Assembly: GCA_035499955.1 (NCBI GenBank)
Contig: DATJXV010000011.1
Coordinates: forward strand, 11,277-75,276
Origin: Casimicrobiaceae bacterium
GTDB lineage: Bacteria; Pseudomonadota; Gammaproteobacteria; Burkholderiales; Casimicrobiaceae
DNA length: 64,000 nt
Direction of reading: 5' to 3'
A model generated the notes under the pieces. It saw only the letters and a list, made by a program, of their open reading frames with translations. It did no database searches and was not told the DNA's origin. The position numbers and the translations under genes were made by a program. The stretch's first letter is position 1. Every line of letters starts with the position of its first letter. Below are positions 37,759 to 47,001 of the stretch, in pieces.

Positions 37759-38619
37759 TCAATCCGGGATCGAATACAGAAGGTACATGGCGGCGAGCAG
37801 GCCCGACGGCCGTCCGAGCTTGCCCAGCCACTGGCCGAAGATCTGCTCGATTTCCCCGCCCATGTACACCTGCGTGAGCGCCTTGTTCACCTCGAGGCGG
37901 AACGCGGAGTCGTTGCGCGGGATCGCAAACGCGTAGGGCTCGAACGACAGGTCCTCGGCGAGCATCGCGAGCTTGGCCGGATCCTTCGCCTGCGCCGCGA
38001 GGCCGACCAGCTTGATCTTGTCGCCGGCGTAGGCGTCCACGCTGCCCGATTCGAGCATGGCCACGCCCTCGTTCGCGTTGGCGATGGGCACCACGGTGGC
38101 GTTGACGAGGCGGCGCTGCAGCGTGTCCTTGAGACGGCCTTCCGTGGTGGTGCCGGCCAGGACCGCGATCTTCTTTCCAGACATGTCGGTGGTCTTGTTG
38201 ATCGGCGAGTCGGACTTCACGAGGAAGCCGCCGCCGTCGACGAAGATGAGGTTCGAGAAATCGACGGTGGCGAGCCGCGCGATCGTCTGCGTCGTGTTCG
38301 CGCATTCGATGTCGGCCTTGCCGGATTCGACCATCTTCAGGCGCTCGGCCACCGAGCCCGACACCCAATTCACCTTGAGGTTCGGTTCGCCCACGGTGCG
38401 GCCGACCTGCGCGATCACGCGCTTGCAGATGTCGATCGAATAGCCCGCCGGCTCGTTGTTCGGGCCGACGAACGAGAACGGCAGCGAGTCGGGCGAGAAG
38501 CCGACGTTGATCGCCTTGGCCGCCTTGATCTTGCCGAGCGTGTTGGGTACGGGCTGGGCTTGCGCCCCGCCCGCGACGAGGGCGGCGGCGGCAAAGAAAC
38601 CGAGGAGGACGCTTTTCAC
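37759..38619 (-). CDS. Amino-acid ABC substrate-binding protein (GltI-like), orphan A
   Basis: PFSF, GYSIDIC, DIECANTT, VDFS, GTTTE, EPYAFAIPRND; GTG start at 38619. Confidence 0.88.
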   Translation of the reverse strand: MKSVLLGFFAAAALVAGGAQAQPVPNTLGKIKAAKAINVGFSPDSLPFSFVGPNNEPAGYSIDICKRVIAQVGRTVGEPNLKVNWVSGSVAERLKMVESGKADIECANTTQTIARLATVDFSNLIFVDGGGFLVKSDSPINKTTDMSGKKIAVLAGTTTEGRLKDTLQRRLVNATVVPIANANEGVAMLESGSVDAYAGDKIKLVGLAAQAKDPAKLAMLAEDLSFEPYAFAIPRNDSAFRLEVNKALTQVYMGGEIEQIFGQWLGKLGRPSGLLAAMYLLYSIPD

Positions 38620-38922
38620 GGGTGAACGCCTTCGAAGATGGGGGAAGGTGCGCGCTGCCGGGGCCGCCGCGAGTGGATGAGACGCCCGAGCGGTCTGGCG
38701 GCCCGGCATGGCCGCATGGGGGACGCATTCTACACTACAACCCAGGGGACCTCCGGACAACCTGGCGATTGCGACGGCTCTGCCGGTTCGGGATGCGGTG
38801 CCCCGGTCTGGAAAGCGAGGCAAGCCGACGCCCGCGCGAGACGCAGGCACGCGATTCGGAAGGGCCCGCGTGCTACACTCCGCCCGCCACCCCGCCGCGG
38901 TTTTACGCCGGTTTACGCCGTC

Positions 38923-39783
38923 ATGCATCGCACGAAACTCCTGCTCGTATCGCTCGCTGCATTGCTCGCCGCCGGTGCGGCCGCGGCAGCCTCGCCCACG
39001 CTCGAGCGCATCAAGTCGACGGGTACGATCGTGTTCGGCTACCGCGACGGCGCGGCGCCGTTTTCCGCGCGCCAGCGCAACGGGCAGGTGCGCGGCTATA
39101 CGGTGGAGTTGTGCGAGAAGGTCGCCGCGGCCGTCGGACGCGCCCTCGGCGTGCCCAACCTCAAGGTCGAGTGGAAGCCCGTCGACAGCGAGACGCGCCT
39201 TGCCGACGTGGTGTCGCACAAGGTGGACGCCGAGTGCGGAACGACCACGATCACGCTGTCGCGGATGGAGCGCGTCGACTTCTCGGTGCCGATCTTCGTC
39301 GACGGCGGCAGCGCGCTCGTGCGCGCCGGCCGGAACGCGCCGACCACCGTGGGCGGGCTCGCCGGCAAGAGGATCGCGGTCATGCCGGCGACGACGACCG
39401 AGACGGCGCTTCGCAAGGCGCTCTCGGTAACCGGTGCGGACGCGACCTTCGTGCAGGTCAAGGACGGCGCGGAGGGCGTGGCGGCCCTGCTCGCAGGCAA
39501 GGTCGACGCGTACGCGTCCGACCGCATGCTGCTCGCCAAGCTTCGCATCGACGACGCGAAGGGCAACGATCTCGCCTTTCTCGAGAACGACTTCTCCTAC
39601 GAGCCGTACGGCATCGCGCTGCCGCGCGATGACTCCGAATTCCGCCTGCTCGTCAACCGCACGCTGATCGCGCTGTTCAAGTCGGGCGAGATCGACCCGA
39701 TCTTCATCCGCTGGCTCAGCCCGTACGGCAACCCGGGCGCGCTGCTCAATGCCATGTTCTATCTCAATTCCTTCCCGGAGTGA
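38923..39783 (+). CDS. Amino-acid ABC substrate-binding protein (GltI-like), orphan B
   Basis: GYRDGAAPFS, DAECGTTT, VDFSVPIF, EPYGIALPRDD; extended -10 TGCTACACT at 38871-38879. Confidence 0.88.
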   Translation: MHRTKLLLVSLAALLAAGAAAAASPTLERIKSTGTIVFGYRDGAAPFSARQRNGQVRGYTVELCEKVAAAVGRALGVPNLKVEWKPVDSETRLADVVSHKVDAECGTTTITLSRMERVDFSVPIFVDGGSALVRAGRNAPTTVGGLAGKRIAVMPATTTETALRKALSVTGADATFVQVKDGAEGVAALLAGKVDAYASDRMLLAKLRIDDAKGNDLAFLENDFSYEPYGIALPRDDSEFRLLVNRTLIALFKSGEIDPIFIRWLSPYGNPGALLNAMFYLNSFPE

Positions 39784-40244
39784 CCCTCATGCGCGCGCTC
39801 CTTGCCGCCCTGCTTGCCCTCGTGCTCGGTGACGGCGATGCGCTCGCGCAAGGGCAGCAAAGCACGCGGCGGCCGCCGTGCAACGGGGTATGCGGCGTGA
39901 TTCAGACGATCGTGCCGGTCCAGGAGCGGCAAGTGTGGACGCCCCTGGGCTCCGTCACGCCGGGCTCGCTCGGCGTCGCCGGCGTGAGCGGTATGTCCGG
40001 ATCGTCCACACAGATGCAGATCGGTCCGGGATTCACGAACCAGGGGATGGTTGTCATCGGCGCGGCCGGCGGGGCGGTGTATGCGCAGAAGCCGAACGAA
40101 TACCGCCGCACGCGCTGGGACGTGACGCTCAAGATGGACGACGGCACGACGCGCGTCGTCTCGCTTTCCTATGAGCCGCTGTTCGTGCAGGAGGGCGACT
40201 ACGTGCGCGTGTCGGGCAACAGCCTGGAGCAGGTTACTCCCTAA
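39780..40244 (+). CDS. Exported SlyB/glycine-zipper-like protein
   Basis: Signal peptide; CNGVCGVIQTI; GAAGGA; C-terminal VTLKMDDG...VQEGDYVRV, matching 37284..37730; GTGA overlap with the upstream stop. Confidence 0.65.
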   Translation: MTLMRALLAALLALVLGDGDALAQGQQSTRRPPCNGVCGVIQTIVPVQERQVWTPLGSVTPGSLGVAGVSGMSGSSTQMQIGPGFTNQGMVVIGAAGGAVYAQKPNEYRRTRWDVTLKMDDGTTRVVSLSYEPLFVQEGDYVRVSGNSLEQVTP

Positions 40245-40247
40245 GCA

Positions 40248-41366
40248 ATGAGCGGAGCGGCGCTGGCCGTCAGCGACGCCCCCGACGGGCGGCTGGTGCT
40301 CGCGCTGTCCGGCCGCCTCGTCGCCGACACCATTCCCGCGATCTGGCGCGACGCGCTTGCCGCCGTGCGCGGCGCCGTGCGCCGCCCGGTGGTCGTCGAC
40401 GCGGCAGGCGTCGACTACTGCGACGGCGCCGGGATCGCGTTGATCGTCGACCTCCTGCGCCAGCCGCGCGAGGCGCCGGTGGAGGTCGCGAACCTCGCGC
40501 CGGCGTACGCGGCGCTGCTGCGCCAGTACGATCCGCACAACCTCGAGCATGACCTCGACCCGGAGCCGCCGCGCCGTCCGGCGATCGAGGAGATCGGGCG
40601 CACGACCGCCACGGTATTGCGCGACCTGCGCACGCAGGTCGAGTTCCTCGGCCAGGCGACGGCGGCGCTGGCGGATGCGATTCGCCATCCGTCGACGATC
40701 CGCTGGCGCGACGTGTGGGTAGTCTGCGAACGCGTGGGCGCGGATGCGCTGCCCATCGTGGGGTTGATCGCGTTCCTTTTCGGGCTGATCCTCTCCTTCC
40801 AGTCCGCCATCCCCATGAAGCAGTACGGCGCCGAGGTCTTCGTGGCCGACCTGATCGGCCTCGGCATGGTGCGGGAGATGGGCGCGCTCCTCACCGCGAT
40901 CCTGCTTGCCGGGCGCTCGGGCGCCGCGTTCGCGGCGGAGATCGGCACGATGCGCGTCAACCAGGAGATCGACGCGCTCACCACCATGGGCCTCGACCCC
41001 GTGCGCTTTCTCGTCACGACCCGTGTGATCGCTGCGCTGATGATGACGCCGCTCCTGACGCTGTTCGCGATGCTCATCGGCATGCTGGGTGGCGCCTTCA
41101 CCATGCTTTCCTTCGGCATTCCGTTCGTCACGTTCGCCAAGGAAGTGGATTCCGCCGTCAACTTCACGGATTTCATGAGCGGCTGGGTGAAGTCGTTCGT
41201 CTTCGCCGTCGCCATCGCGGGGATCGGCTGCCTGCGAGGGCTGCAGACGAGCGCCGGCGCATCGGCCGTCGGCGACTCGGCCACGCGCGCGGTGGTGTCG
41301 GGCCTCGTGCTGATCGTGATCATCGACGGCGTGTTCGCCGTTCTCTACTTCTACCTGAACATCTGA
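40248..41366 (+). CDS. mlaE: MlaE-family permease with N-terminal STAS-like domain
   Basis: VDYCDGAG; REMGALLTAILLAGRSGAAFAAEIGTM; EIDAL. Confidence 0.9.
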   Translation: MSGAALAVSDAPDGRLVLALSGRLVADTIPAIWRDALAAVRGAVRRPVVVDAAGVDYCDGAGIALIVDLLRQPREAPVEVANLAPAYAALLRQYDPHNLEHDLDPEPPRRPAIEEIGRTTATVLRDLRTQVEFLGQATAALADAIRHPSTIRWRDVWVVCERVGADALPIVGLIAFLFGLILSFQSAIPMKQYGAEVFVADLIGLGMVREMGALLTAILLAGRSGAAFAAEIGTMRVNQEIDALTTMGLDPVRFLVTTRVIAALMMTPLLTLFAMLIGMLGGAFTMLSFGIPFVTFAKEVDSAVNFTDFMSGWVKSFVFAVAIAGIGCLRGLQTSAGASAVGDSATRAVVSGLVLIVIIDGVFAVLYFYLNI

Positions 41367-42139
41367 TGGAACCCGGCGAGCCCATCATCCGGGTCGAGAA
41401 CCTCACCGCCGGCTACGACGGCCGCACGATTCTCGAGAACCTCAATTTCGAGGTGCGGCGCGGCGAGGTGTTCGTGATCCTCGGCGGGTCGGGCTGCGGA
41501 AAGAGCACGCTCCTGAAGCACATGATCGGCCTGTACGAAGTCATGTCCGGCCGCGTCTGGATCCAGGGTCACGACATCGTCACGGCGGAAGGGCCCGAGC
41601 GCGACGCCATCCTGCGCACGTTCGGCGTGATGTACCAGTCGGGTGCTCTGTTCGGGTCGATGACGCTCCTCGAGAACGTGCGCCTGCCGATGGAGGCGTT
41701 CACGAACCTCGACATGGAGCAGATGGACCTCCTCGCGCGGATGAAGCTCTCGCTCGTGGGGCTCGTGCAGTTCACCGGCCACCTGCCGAACGAGATCTCG
41801 GGCGGCATGCAGAAGCGCGCGGCCATTGCGCGCGCCATGGCGCTCGACCCGCAGATCCTGTTCCTCGACGAGCCTTCCGCAGGGCTCGACCCGATCACGT
41901 CGGCCGAGCTCGATGCGCTCATCCGCCGCCTCGCCGACAACCTCGGCGTGACGTTCGTGATCGTCACCCACGAGCTGGCGAGCATCTACGCGATCGCCGA
42001 CCGTGTCATCATGCTGGACAAGCGCGTCAAGGGGATCATCGCCGAAGGGGACCCGCGGCGGCTGCGCGACGAGAGCACGGACCCGTACGTCCGCCAGTTC
42101 TTCCACCGCGAAGCCGAGCTCGCGGGCGCACCGGCATGA
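41366..42139 (+). CDS. mlaF: MlaF/Mkl-type ABC ATPase
   Basis: GGSGCGKST, ISGGMQKRAAIARA, LDEPSAGLDP, VTHEL; TGATG coupling. Confidence 0.92.
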   Translation: MEPGEPIIRVENLTAGYDGRTILENLNFEVRRGEVFVILGGSGCGKSTLLKHMIGLYEVMSGRVWIQGHDIVTAEGPERDAILRTFGVMYQSGALFGSMTLLENVRLPMEAFTNLDMEQMDLLARMKLSLVGLVQFTGHLPNEISGGMQKRAAIARAMALDPQILFLDEPSAGLDPITSAELDALIRRLADNLGVTFVIVTHELASIYAIADRVIMLDKRVKGIIAEGDPRRLRDESTDPYVRQFFHREAELAGAPA

Positions 42140-42325
42140 CGAGAACATGGCATTCACGCTGATGCAAAACCGTCGCGCGTCGCTCGCGTTGCTTTCCGCG
42201 GTGAACGGCGGCCGCCGCCGGGCCGCCCCAAGGCGGCCGCGTAGCATTCGTCCGATGCAAAAGGCGCAACTCCAAACCGACGGGCGCCGGTGGCGTCGCG
42301 GACGCCTTTGGCATCGGATCCTCCC

Positions 42326-43384
42326 ATGAGCCAGAAAGCCAACTACTTCAAGCTGGGGCTGTTCGTGATCGGTGCCGTGGTCGCGGGCGTCCTCGTGCTG
42401 ATCATCATCGGGTCGGGCCGCTGGTTCGAGCGGCGCGTCATCATCGAGACGTACTTCAAGGAGTCGGTGCAGGGGCTCGACGTCGGCTCGAAGCTCAAGT
42501 ACCGCGGCGTCACCATCGGCGAAGTGACGCGCGTCAGCTTCACCTACACGAAGTACCAGCTCGACCTGCCGATCACGCAGCGCCAGCGCTACGTGCTGGT
42601 GGAGGCGCAGCTGCAGCCGCGCCTGATCGGCGGGCGCGCGGCGGCCGGCGACATGGCCGACGTCGAGAACGCGAAGTTGGAAGTGGAGAAGGGCCTGCGC
42701 CTGCGCCTCGCGCCGCTCGGCATCACGGGGCAGAACTTCCTCGAGATGGACTACATCGAGCCGCCGCCGCCGGTGCTGCAGATCTACTGGACGCCCGAGA
42801 ACGTCTACATCCCGAGCGCGCCATCCACCGTGACGGCCATCGTCAACGCGGCGCAGGACGTGATGGAGAAGCTGAGCCACATCGATTTCCCGGCGACGAT
42901 CGGCCGCATCGACAAGCTGCTCGACACGACCAACGAGCGCATCGCCGCGCTCGACACCAAGCGGCTCGTCGACCACGCCGAGAAGACGTTCAACAAGCTC
43001 GACACCACGCTCGACCAGCTGCAGGCGAAGAAGGTCTCCGACGAGGCGACGGCGCTGCTCGCCGAGCTTCGCGAGTCCAACGCCGAGCTCAAGAAGACGC
43101 TCGCGAACCCGGCGTGGCAGAAGCTGCCCGAGGACGCCGCGGCCGCGGCGGCGAAGGTGAAGGAGCTCGTCTCCGATCCGAAGCTGCAGCGCACGGTCAC
43201 GAGCCTGGAGCGGATCATGACGCGCTTCGACCGCCTGTTCGGCTCCACCGACGCCGACCTCGCGACCACCATCGAGAACCTGCGGCAGATCACCGACAAT
43301 CTCCGCGATCTCACCGAGGAGACCAAACGCTATCCGGCCAGCGTGATCTTCGGCGCGCCGCCGGCTCCGCTGGAGCGCAAATGA
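42326..43384 (+). CDS. mlaD: MlaD/MCE-domain protein with long helical tail
   Basis: NYFKLGLFV, SVQGLDVGSKLKYRGVTIGEV, YPASVIFG. Confidence 0.88.
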   Translation: MSQKANYFKLGLFVIGAVVAGVLVLIIIGSGRWFERRVIIETYFKESVQGLDVGSKLKYRGVTIGEVTRVSFTYTKYQLDLPITQRQRYVLVEAQLQPRLIGGRAAAGDMADVENAKLEVEKGLRLRLAPLGITGQNFLEMDYIEPPPPVLQIYWTPENVYIPSAPSTVTAIVNAAQDVMEKLSHIDFPATIGRIDKLLDTTNERIAALDTKRLVDHAEKTFNKLDTTLDQLQAKKVSDEATALLAELRESNAELKKTLANPAWQKLPEDAAAAAAKVKELVSDPKLQRTVTSLERIMTRFDRLFGSTDADLATTIENLRQITDNLRDLTEETKRYPASVIFGAPPAPLERK

Positions 43385-44016
43385 TGAACGCATCGCGACG
43401 TCTGTGGATTCGCGGGGCGCTTGCCGCCGGGGCGCTCGCCGCCGCGGGCGGCTGCACCCGGCCTTCGCCGGTGAAGGGCACGTTCGTGCTCGATCCCGCG
43501 CTGCCCGCTCCGGTGGCGAAGACGCAGCCCGGGCTGCTTCGCGTCGGGTCGGTGACCGTCGGCGCGCCGTTTCGCGGCAAGCAGTTCGTCTTCCGCGACA
43601 CGGACCTTCAATACGAGACGGATTACTACAACGAGTTCCTCGTGGCCCCGGCTGCCAACATCAGCGACGCCACCGCCCGCGCGCTGGCGGCGGCGAAAGT
43701 GTTCGCGTCGGTGTCGCCCTCGAGCGTGACGCTCGATCCCGACTGGATCTTGGACGGATTCGTCGAATCGCTCTACGGCGACGGCCGCGACATGAGCAAG
43801 CCGGAGGCGGTGCTCACGATCACCTACTTCCTGCGCTCGCAGGCGGGCGATGCGGGCGTGCCGGTGTGGTCGCATACGTATTCGCGCCGCGTCCCGTTCG
43901 CGACCGGAAGCGCGGCCGCCTACGTGGGGGCGCTCAACACGGCCCTGGGCGACATCCTCGCCGAGCTCGCGCGCGACTTGTCGGCGCTGTCGCTTGCCAA
44001 GCAAGGCCGGGCTTGA
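43381..44016 (+). CDS. PqiC-like ABC auxiliary lipoprotein
   Basis: RR-containing signal ending in AAAGGC; YETDYYNEFLVAP; last gene of the mla block; ATGA overlap. Confidence 0.78.
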   Translation: MMNASRRLWIRGALAAGALAAAGGCTRPSPVKGTFVLDPALPAPVAKTQPGLLRVGSVTVGAPFRGKQFVFRDTDLQYETDYYNEFLVAPAANISDATARALAAAKVFASVSPSSVTLDPDWILDGFVESLYGDGRDMSKPEAVLTITYFLRSQAGDAGVPVWSHTYSRRVPFATGSAAAYVGALNTALGDILAELARDLSALSLAKQGRA

Positions 44017-44264
44017 CTGGGTGTGGTTGGAACCCGGACCGGCATCAAAGTCGGACGAAGCCGCTCAGCAACCGCAAGCAGGGCCGCGGCCTGGCGATTC
44101 GATGACAGCTACAATGTACGACGTTATGCGCTCTTGCGACGCGTACTCCGCCGCGCGCGTTGCCGGCACGGCGCCGCTACTGCGACGGCACGATATGTCC
44201 ATCCGCTTCCGGGAGCGCCTCGCAGCAGTGATTTAGCGCAAATGCGCGCCCCAGCGAACGTGCC

Positions 44265-45986
44265 ATGACAACCACACGCAGAAGACTGATCGCTGCAGCC
44301 CTCGCCAGCGCGCTCACACTGCTTGGCGCAGTCGCTCCGAGCCACGCAGCCGAGAAGAGGCCCAACATCCTGCTCATCGTCGCGGACGACATGGGCTACT
44401 CCGATATCGGTGCTTTCGGTGGGGAGATCAAGACGCCGAACCTCGATGCGCTCGCGGCGCGCGGGCTCAGGGCGACGAATTTCTACGTTGGTCCGACCTG
44501 CTCGCCGACGCGCTCGATGCTCTTGACCGGAACCGACAATCACGTCGCAGGGCTGGGCAACATGGCCGAGTATCTCGGTCCGACGCAGAAGGGCAAACGG
44601 GGCTACGAGGGGCATCTCAACAGCCGCGTGGCCAGCATTGCGAGCGTGCTGCGCAGCGCCGGTTATCACACCTACATGGCTGGCAAGTGGCACCTTGGCG
44701 AGGAGCCGGGAAGCTGGCCGGCCGCCGTCGGCTTCGAGCGCGATTTCACGCTTTTGCAGGGCGGCGGCAGCAACTGGTCCGACATGACGTATCCGAATCC
44801 GGCCCACCCCCGCCTCACCTTCACCCTCAATGGCAAGCGGCTTGACAAGCTGCCCGAGAACCATTTCTCCTCCGACGCCTACGCGAACTTCATCATGAAG
44901 TCCGTCGACGAGAACAAGGACGACGGCAAGCCGTTCTTCGCCTATCTCTCTTTCCAGGCCGTTCACAGCCCCTTCGCCGTGCCGGACGACTGGCTCAACA
45001 AATACCAGAACCACTATGACGGCGGCTATGACGCCTTACGCGCATCCCGCATCGCTCGCATGAAGGAAATGGGGATCGTCGGCAAAAGCGTGCAGCCGTT
45101 TCCACGCCTGCCGAACATTCCGGCGTGGGATTCGCTCGAACCCGAAGAGCAGAAGCTTTCGGCCCGCAGGATGGAAATCTATGCTGCGATGCTCAGCAAT
45201 ATGGATTATCACATCGGCCGCGTCCTCGATCACCTCAACGAAGTGGGCAAGCTGGACAACACGCTTGTGATCTTCTTCTCGGACAACGGGGCAGAACCCG
45301 TTCAACTCTCAACGTTGGTCGAATCGGCTTTCTCGCCGGAAGCCAAGAAGTGGTTCCTCGAGAGCTTCGACCAGCGACCCGAGAACTGGGGCAAAAAAGG
45401 CTCGGCGGTCGACTATGGACCGGCTTGGGCCCAGGTCGGGTCCACTCCCTTCCGCATGTTCAAGCACTTCGTCACGGAGGGCGGCATCCGCTCGCCATTG
45501 ATCATTGCGGGCCCCGGCGTCAACCGCGCAGGCGAAATCAGCGGCTCCTTCCTGCATGTCATGGATATCGCGCCCACGCTTTACGAGATGGCCGGCGCGA
45601 AGCACCCGTCGACGAAACCCGGCAGCAAGATCGCCCCGCTGGAGGGCAAAACGCTCGTCCCGCTCCTCGCCGGCGCTGCCGACTCGCCCCGCGGTCGAGG
45701 CGATTGGGTCGGCTGGGAGCTTTTCGGCAACCGTGCGGTCCGGCAGGGCGACTGGAAGATCCTCAACATCCTGCGAGCTGCGAATGGCACCGGTTCGTGG
45801 CAGCTGTTCAACCTCAAGGATGACCCGTCGGAATCCCACGACCTCGCCACAGCGAATCCCGCGAAGCTAAGGGAAATGATCGGTCTGTGGAATCGCTACG
45901 CGAAGGACAATGGCGTCATCCTCACCGGCGAAGGGCCCTTTGCCAAGGGCAAGGAACAGCTCGTGAAGGACGACCTCTATGATTGA
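44265..45986 (+). CDS. Arylsulfatase (Cys-type FGly), probable Tat export
   Basis: PNILLIVADDMG, CSPTRSMLLTG, GKWHLG, FFSDNG, EGGIRSP; TRRRLI signal. Confidence 0.93.
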   Translation: MTTTRRRLIAAALASALTLLGAVAPSHAAEKRPNILLIVADDMGYSDIGAFGGEIKTPNLDALAARGLRATNFYVGPTCSPTRSMLLTGTDNHVAGLGNMAEYLGPTQKGKRGYEGHLNSRVASIASVLRSAGYHTYMAGKWHLGEEPGSWPAAVGFERDFTLLQGGGSNWSDMTYPNPAHPRLTFTLNGKRLDKLPENHFSSDAYANFIMKSVDENKDDGKPFFAYLSFQAVHSPFAVPDDWLNKYQNHYDGGYDALRASRIARMKEMGIVGKSVQPFPRLPNIPAWDSLEPEEQKLSARRMEIYAAMLSNMDYHIGRVLDHLNEVGKLDNTLVIFFSDNGAEPVQLSTLVESAFSPEAKKWFLESFDQRPENWGKKGSAVDYGPAWAQVGSTPFRMFKHFVTEGGIRSPLIIAGPGVNRAGEISGSFLHVMDIAPTLYEMAGAKHPSTKPGSKIAPLEGKTLVPLLAGAADSPRGRGDWVGWELFGNRAVRQGDWKILNILRAANGTGSWQLFNLKDDPSESHDLATANPAKLREMIGLWNRYAKDNGVILTGEGPFAKGKEQLVKDDLYD

Positions 45987-46068
45987 ATCCGAGCGCGCTC
46001 GACGATGCGCCCAGCCGGGTTACCGGCGCACGAAAACACCCCAATAGCGCTCTACTAACAGGTCCAAG

Positions 46069-46905
46069 ATGAAGCTCTCCCGTTCGGTTGCATGCGTTAC
46101 GACGCTCCTCAGTCTTGCCATCGGTTCGCTCGTTTCGGGAAGCGCCGAAGCGCAGCAATCGAGTACCGATGCCGGTCCGTGGCAATTCACCGCGACGATC
46201 TATGGCTGGGTCCCCACGATCGACGGCAAGGTGAATTTCCCCGATGACGGGGGCAGCACCGGCATCCATGCGAGCATGGACGACGTCCTCAGCCATCTGA
46301 AGATGACCTTCCAAGGGGCGCTCGATGCGCACTACGGCCGTTGGGGTCTGTTCAACGACATCGTTTACGTCGATTTTGGCGGCGTCAAGTCGCAGACGCA
46401 CGACTTTACGGTCGGCAATGTGGGGATTCCGGCCACCGCCACGGCAAACCTCACCCTCGATCTGAAATCCTCGATCTGGACGGTGGCCGGCGAGTACCGG
46501 CTCGCCTCCGACCCCGCGTGGACCGTGGACTTGCTCGCCGGCGCGAGGATGTTGCGCATGAAGCCCACACTCGGGTACTCGATCACCGGCGACGTCGGTC
46601 CGATCGTCATTCCGGCGCGCGACGGAAGCAAGCAGGTCGACGCGAGCGCATGGGACGGGATCGTCGGGGTCAAGGGTCTCTACGCATTCGGCGATGACCG
46701 CAGGTGGTTCGTGCCGTTCTATCTCGATGTCGGTACCGGCCAATCGCAACTGACGTGGCAGATCTCGGGCGGAATCGGGTATTCATACAATTGGGGTTCG
46801 GTGTTCGCAACATGGCGCTATCTCGACTACAACTTCCAGTCCGGAAAGTCGCTGGACAGCATGAGCATGAGTGGCCCGATGCTTGGCGTGGCGTTACGGT
46901 GGTGA
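46069..46905 (+). CDS. Outer-membrane beta-barrel protein (hypothetical)
   Basis: Signal peptide; WQFTATIYGW; amphipathic strands; terminal ...GVALRW. Confidence 0.7.
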   Translation: MKLSRSVACVTTLLSLAIGSLVSGSAEAQQSSTDAGPWQFTATIYGWVPTIDGKVNFPDDGGSTGIHASMDDVLSHLKMTFQGALDAHYGRWGLFNDIVYVDFGGVKSQTHDFTVGNVGIPATATANLTLDLKSSIWTVAGEYRLASDPAWTVDLLAGARMLRMKPTLGYSITGDVGPIVIPARDGSKQVDASAWDGIVGVKGLYAFGDDRRWFVPFYLDVGTGQSQLTWQISGGIGYSYNWGSVFATWRYLDYNFQSGKSLDSMSMSGPMLGVALRW

Positions 46906-46952
46906 GCGCGCTCCGACCAACACCGTCGCCGGATCAAGTCCTGGTACGGCGC

Positions 46953-46994
46953 TTGATCTATGTCATGGGTGCGTCGCACAAATTGCGGTAACAT
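46953..46994 (+). promoter_or_regulatory. FNR/FixK-type class II promoter of the DUF3141 cassette
   Basis: TTGAT-CTAT-GTCAT at 46953-46966 (centre 46959.5) and TAACAT at 46989-46994. Centre +41.5 = 47001; ATG at 47002. Confidence 0.65.
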
Positions 46995-47001
46995 CGCCGA
47001 T

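Noticed and set aside
42003-42329. Small ORF in the mlaF-mlaD spacer (MAFTLMQNRR...)
   Set aside because: Arg-rich, no motif, and atypical codon use; the inverted repeats explain the region better.
40248-44016. STAS-MlaE/MlaF/MlaD/PqiC block as novel
   Set aside because: Common four-gene Mce transporter architecture; only its spacer and upstream context are flagged.
44017-44264. Possible tRNA or integration-site remnant before the sulfatase
   Set aside because: No cloverleaf, T-loop or CCA could be built, and no matching direct repeat was found at the other end of the islet.
46932-46958. GATCAAG...CTTGATC inverted repeat as a terminator or second FNR site
   Set aside because: Only a 7-bp stem with no U-tract, and the upstream ATCAA lacks a matching TTGAT half-site.
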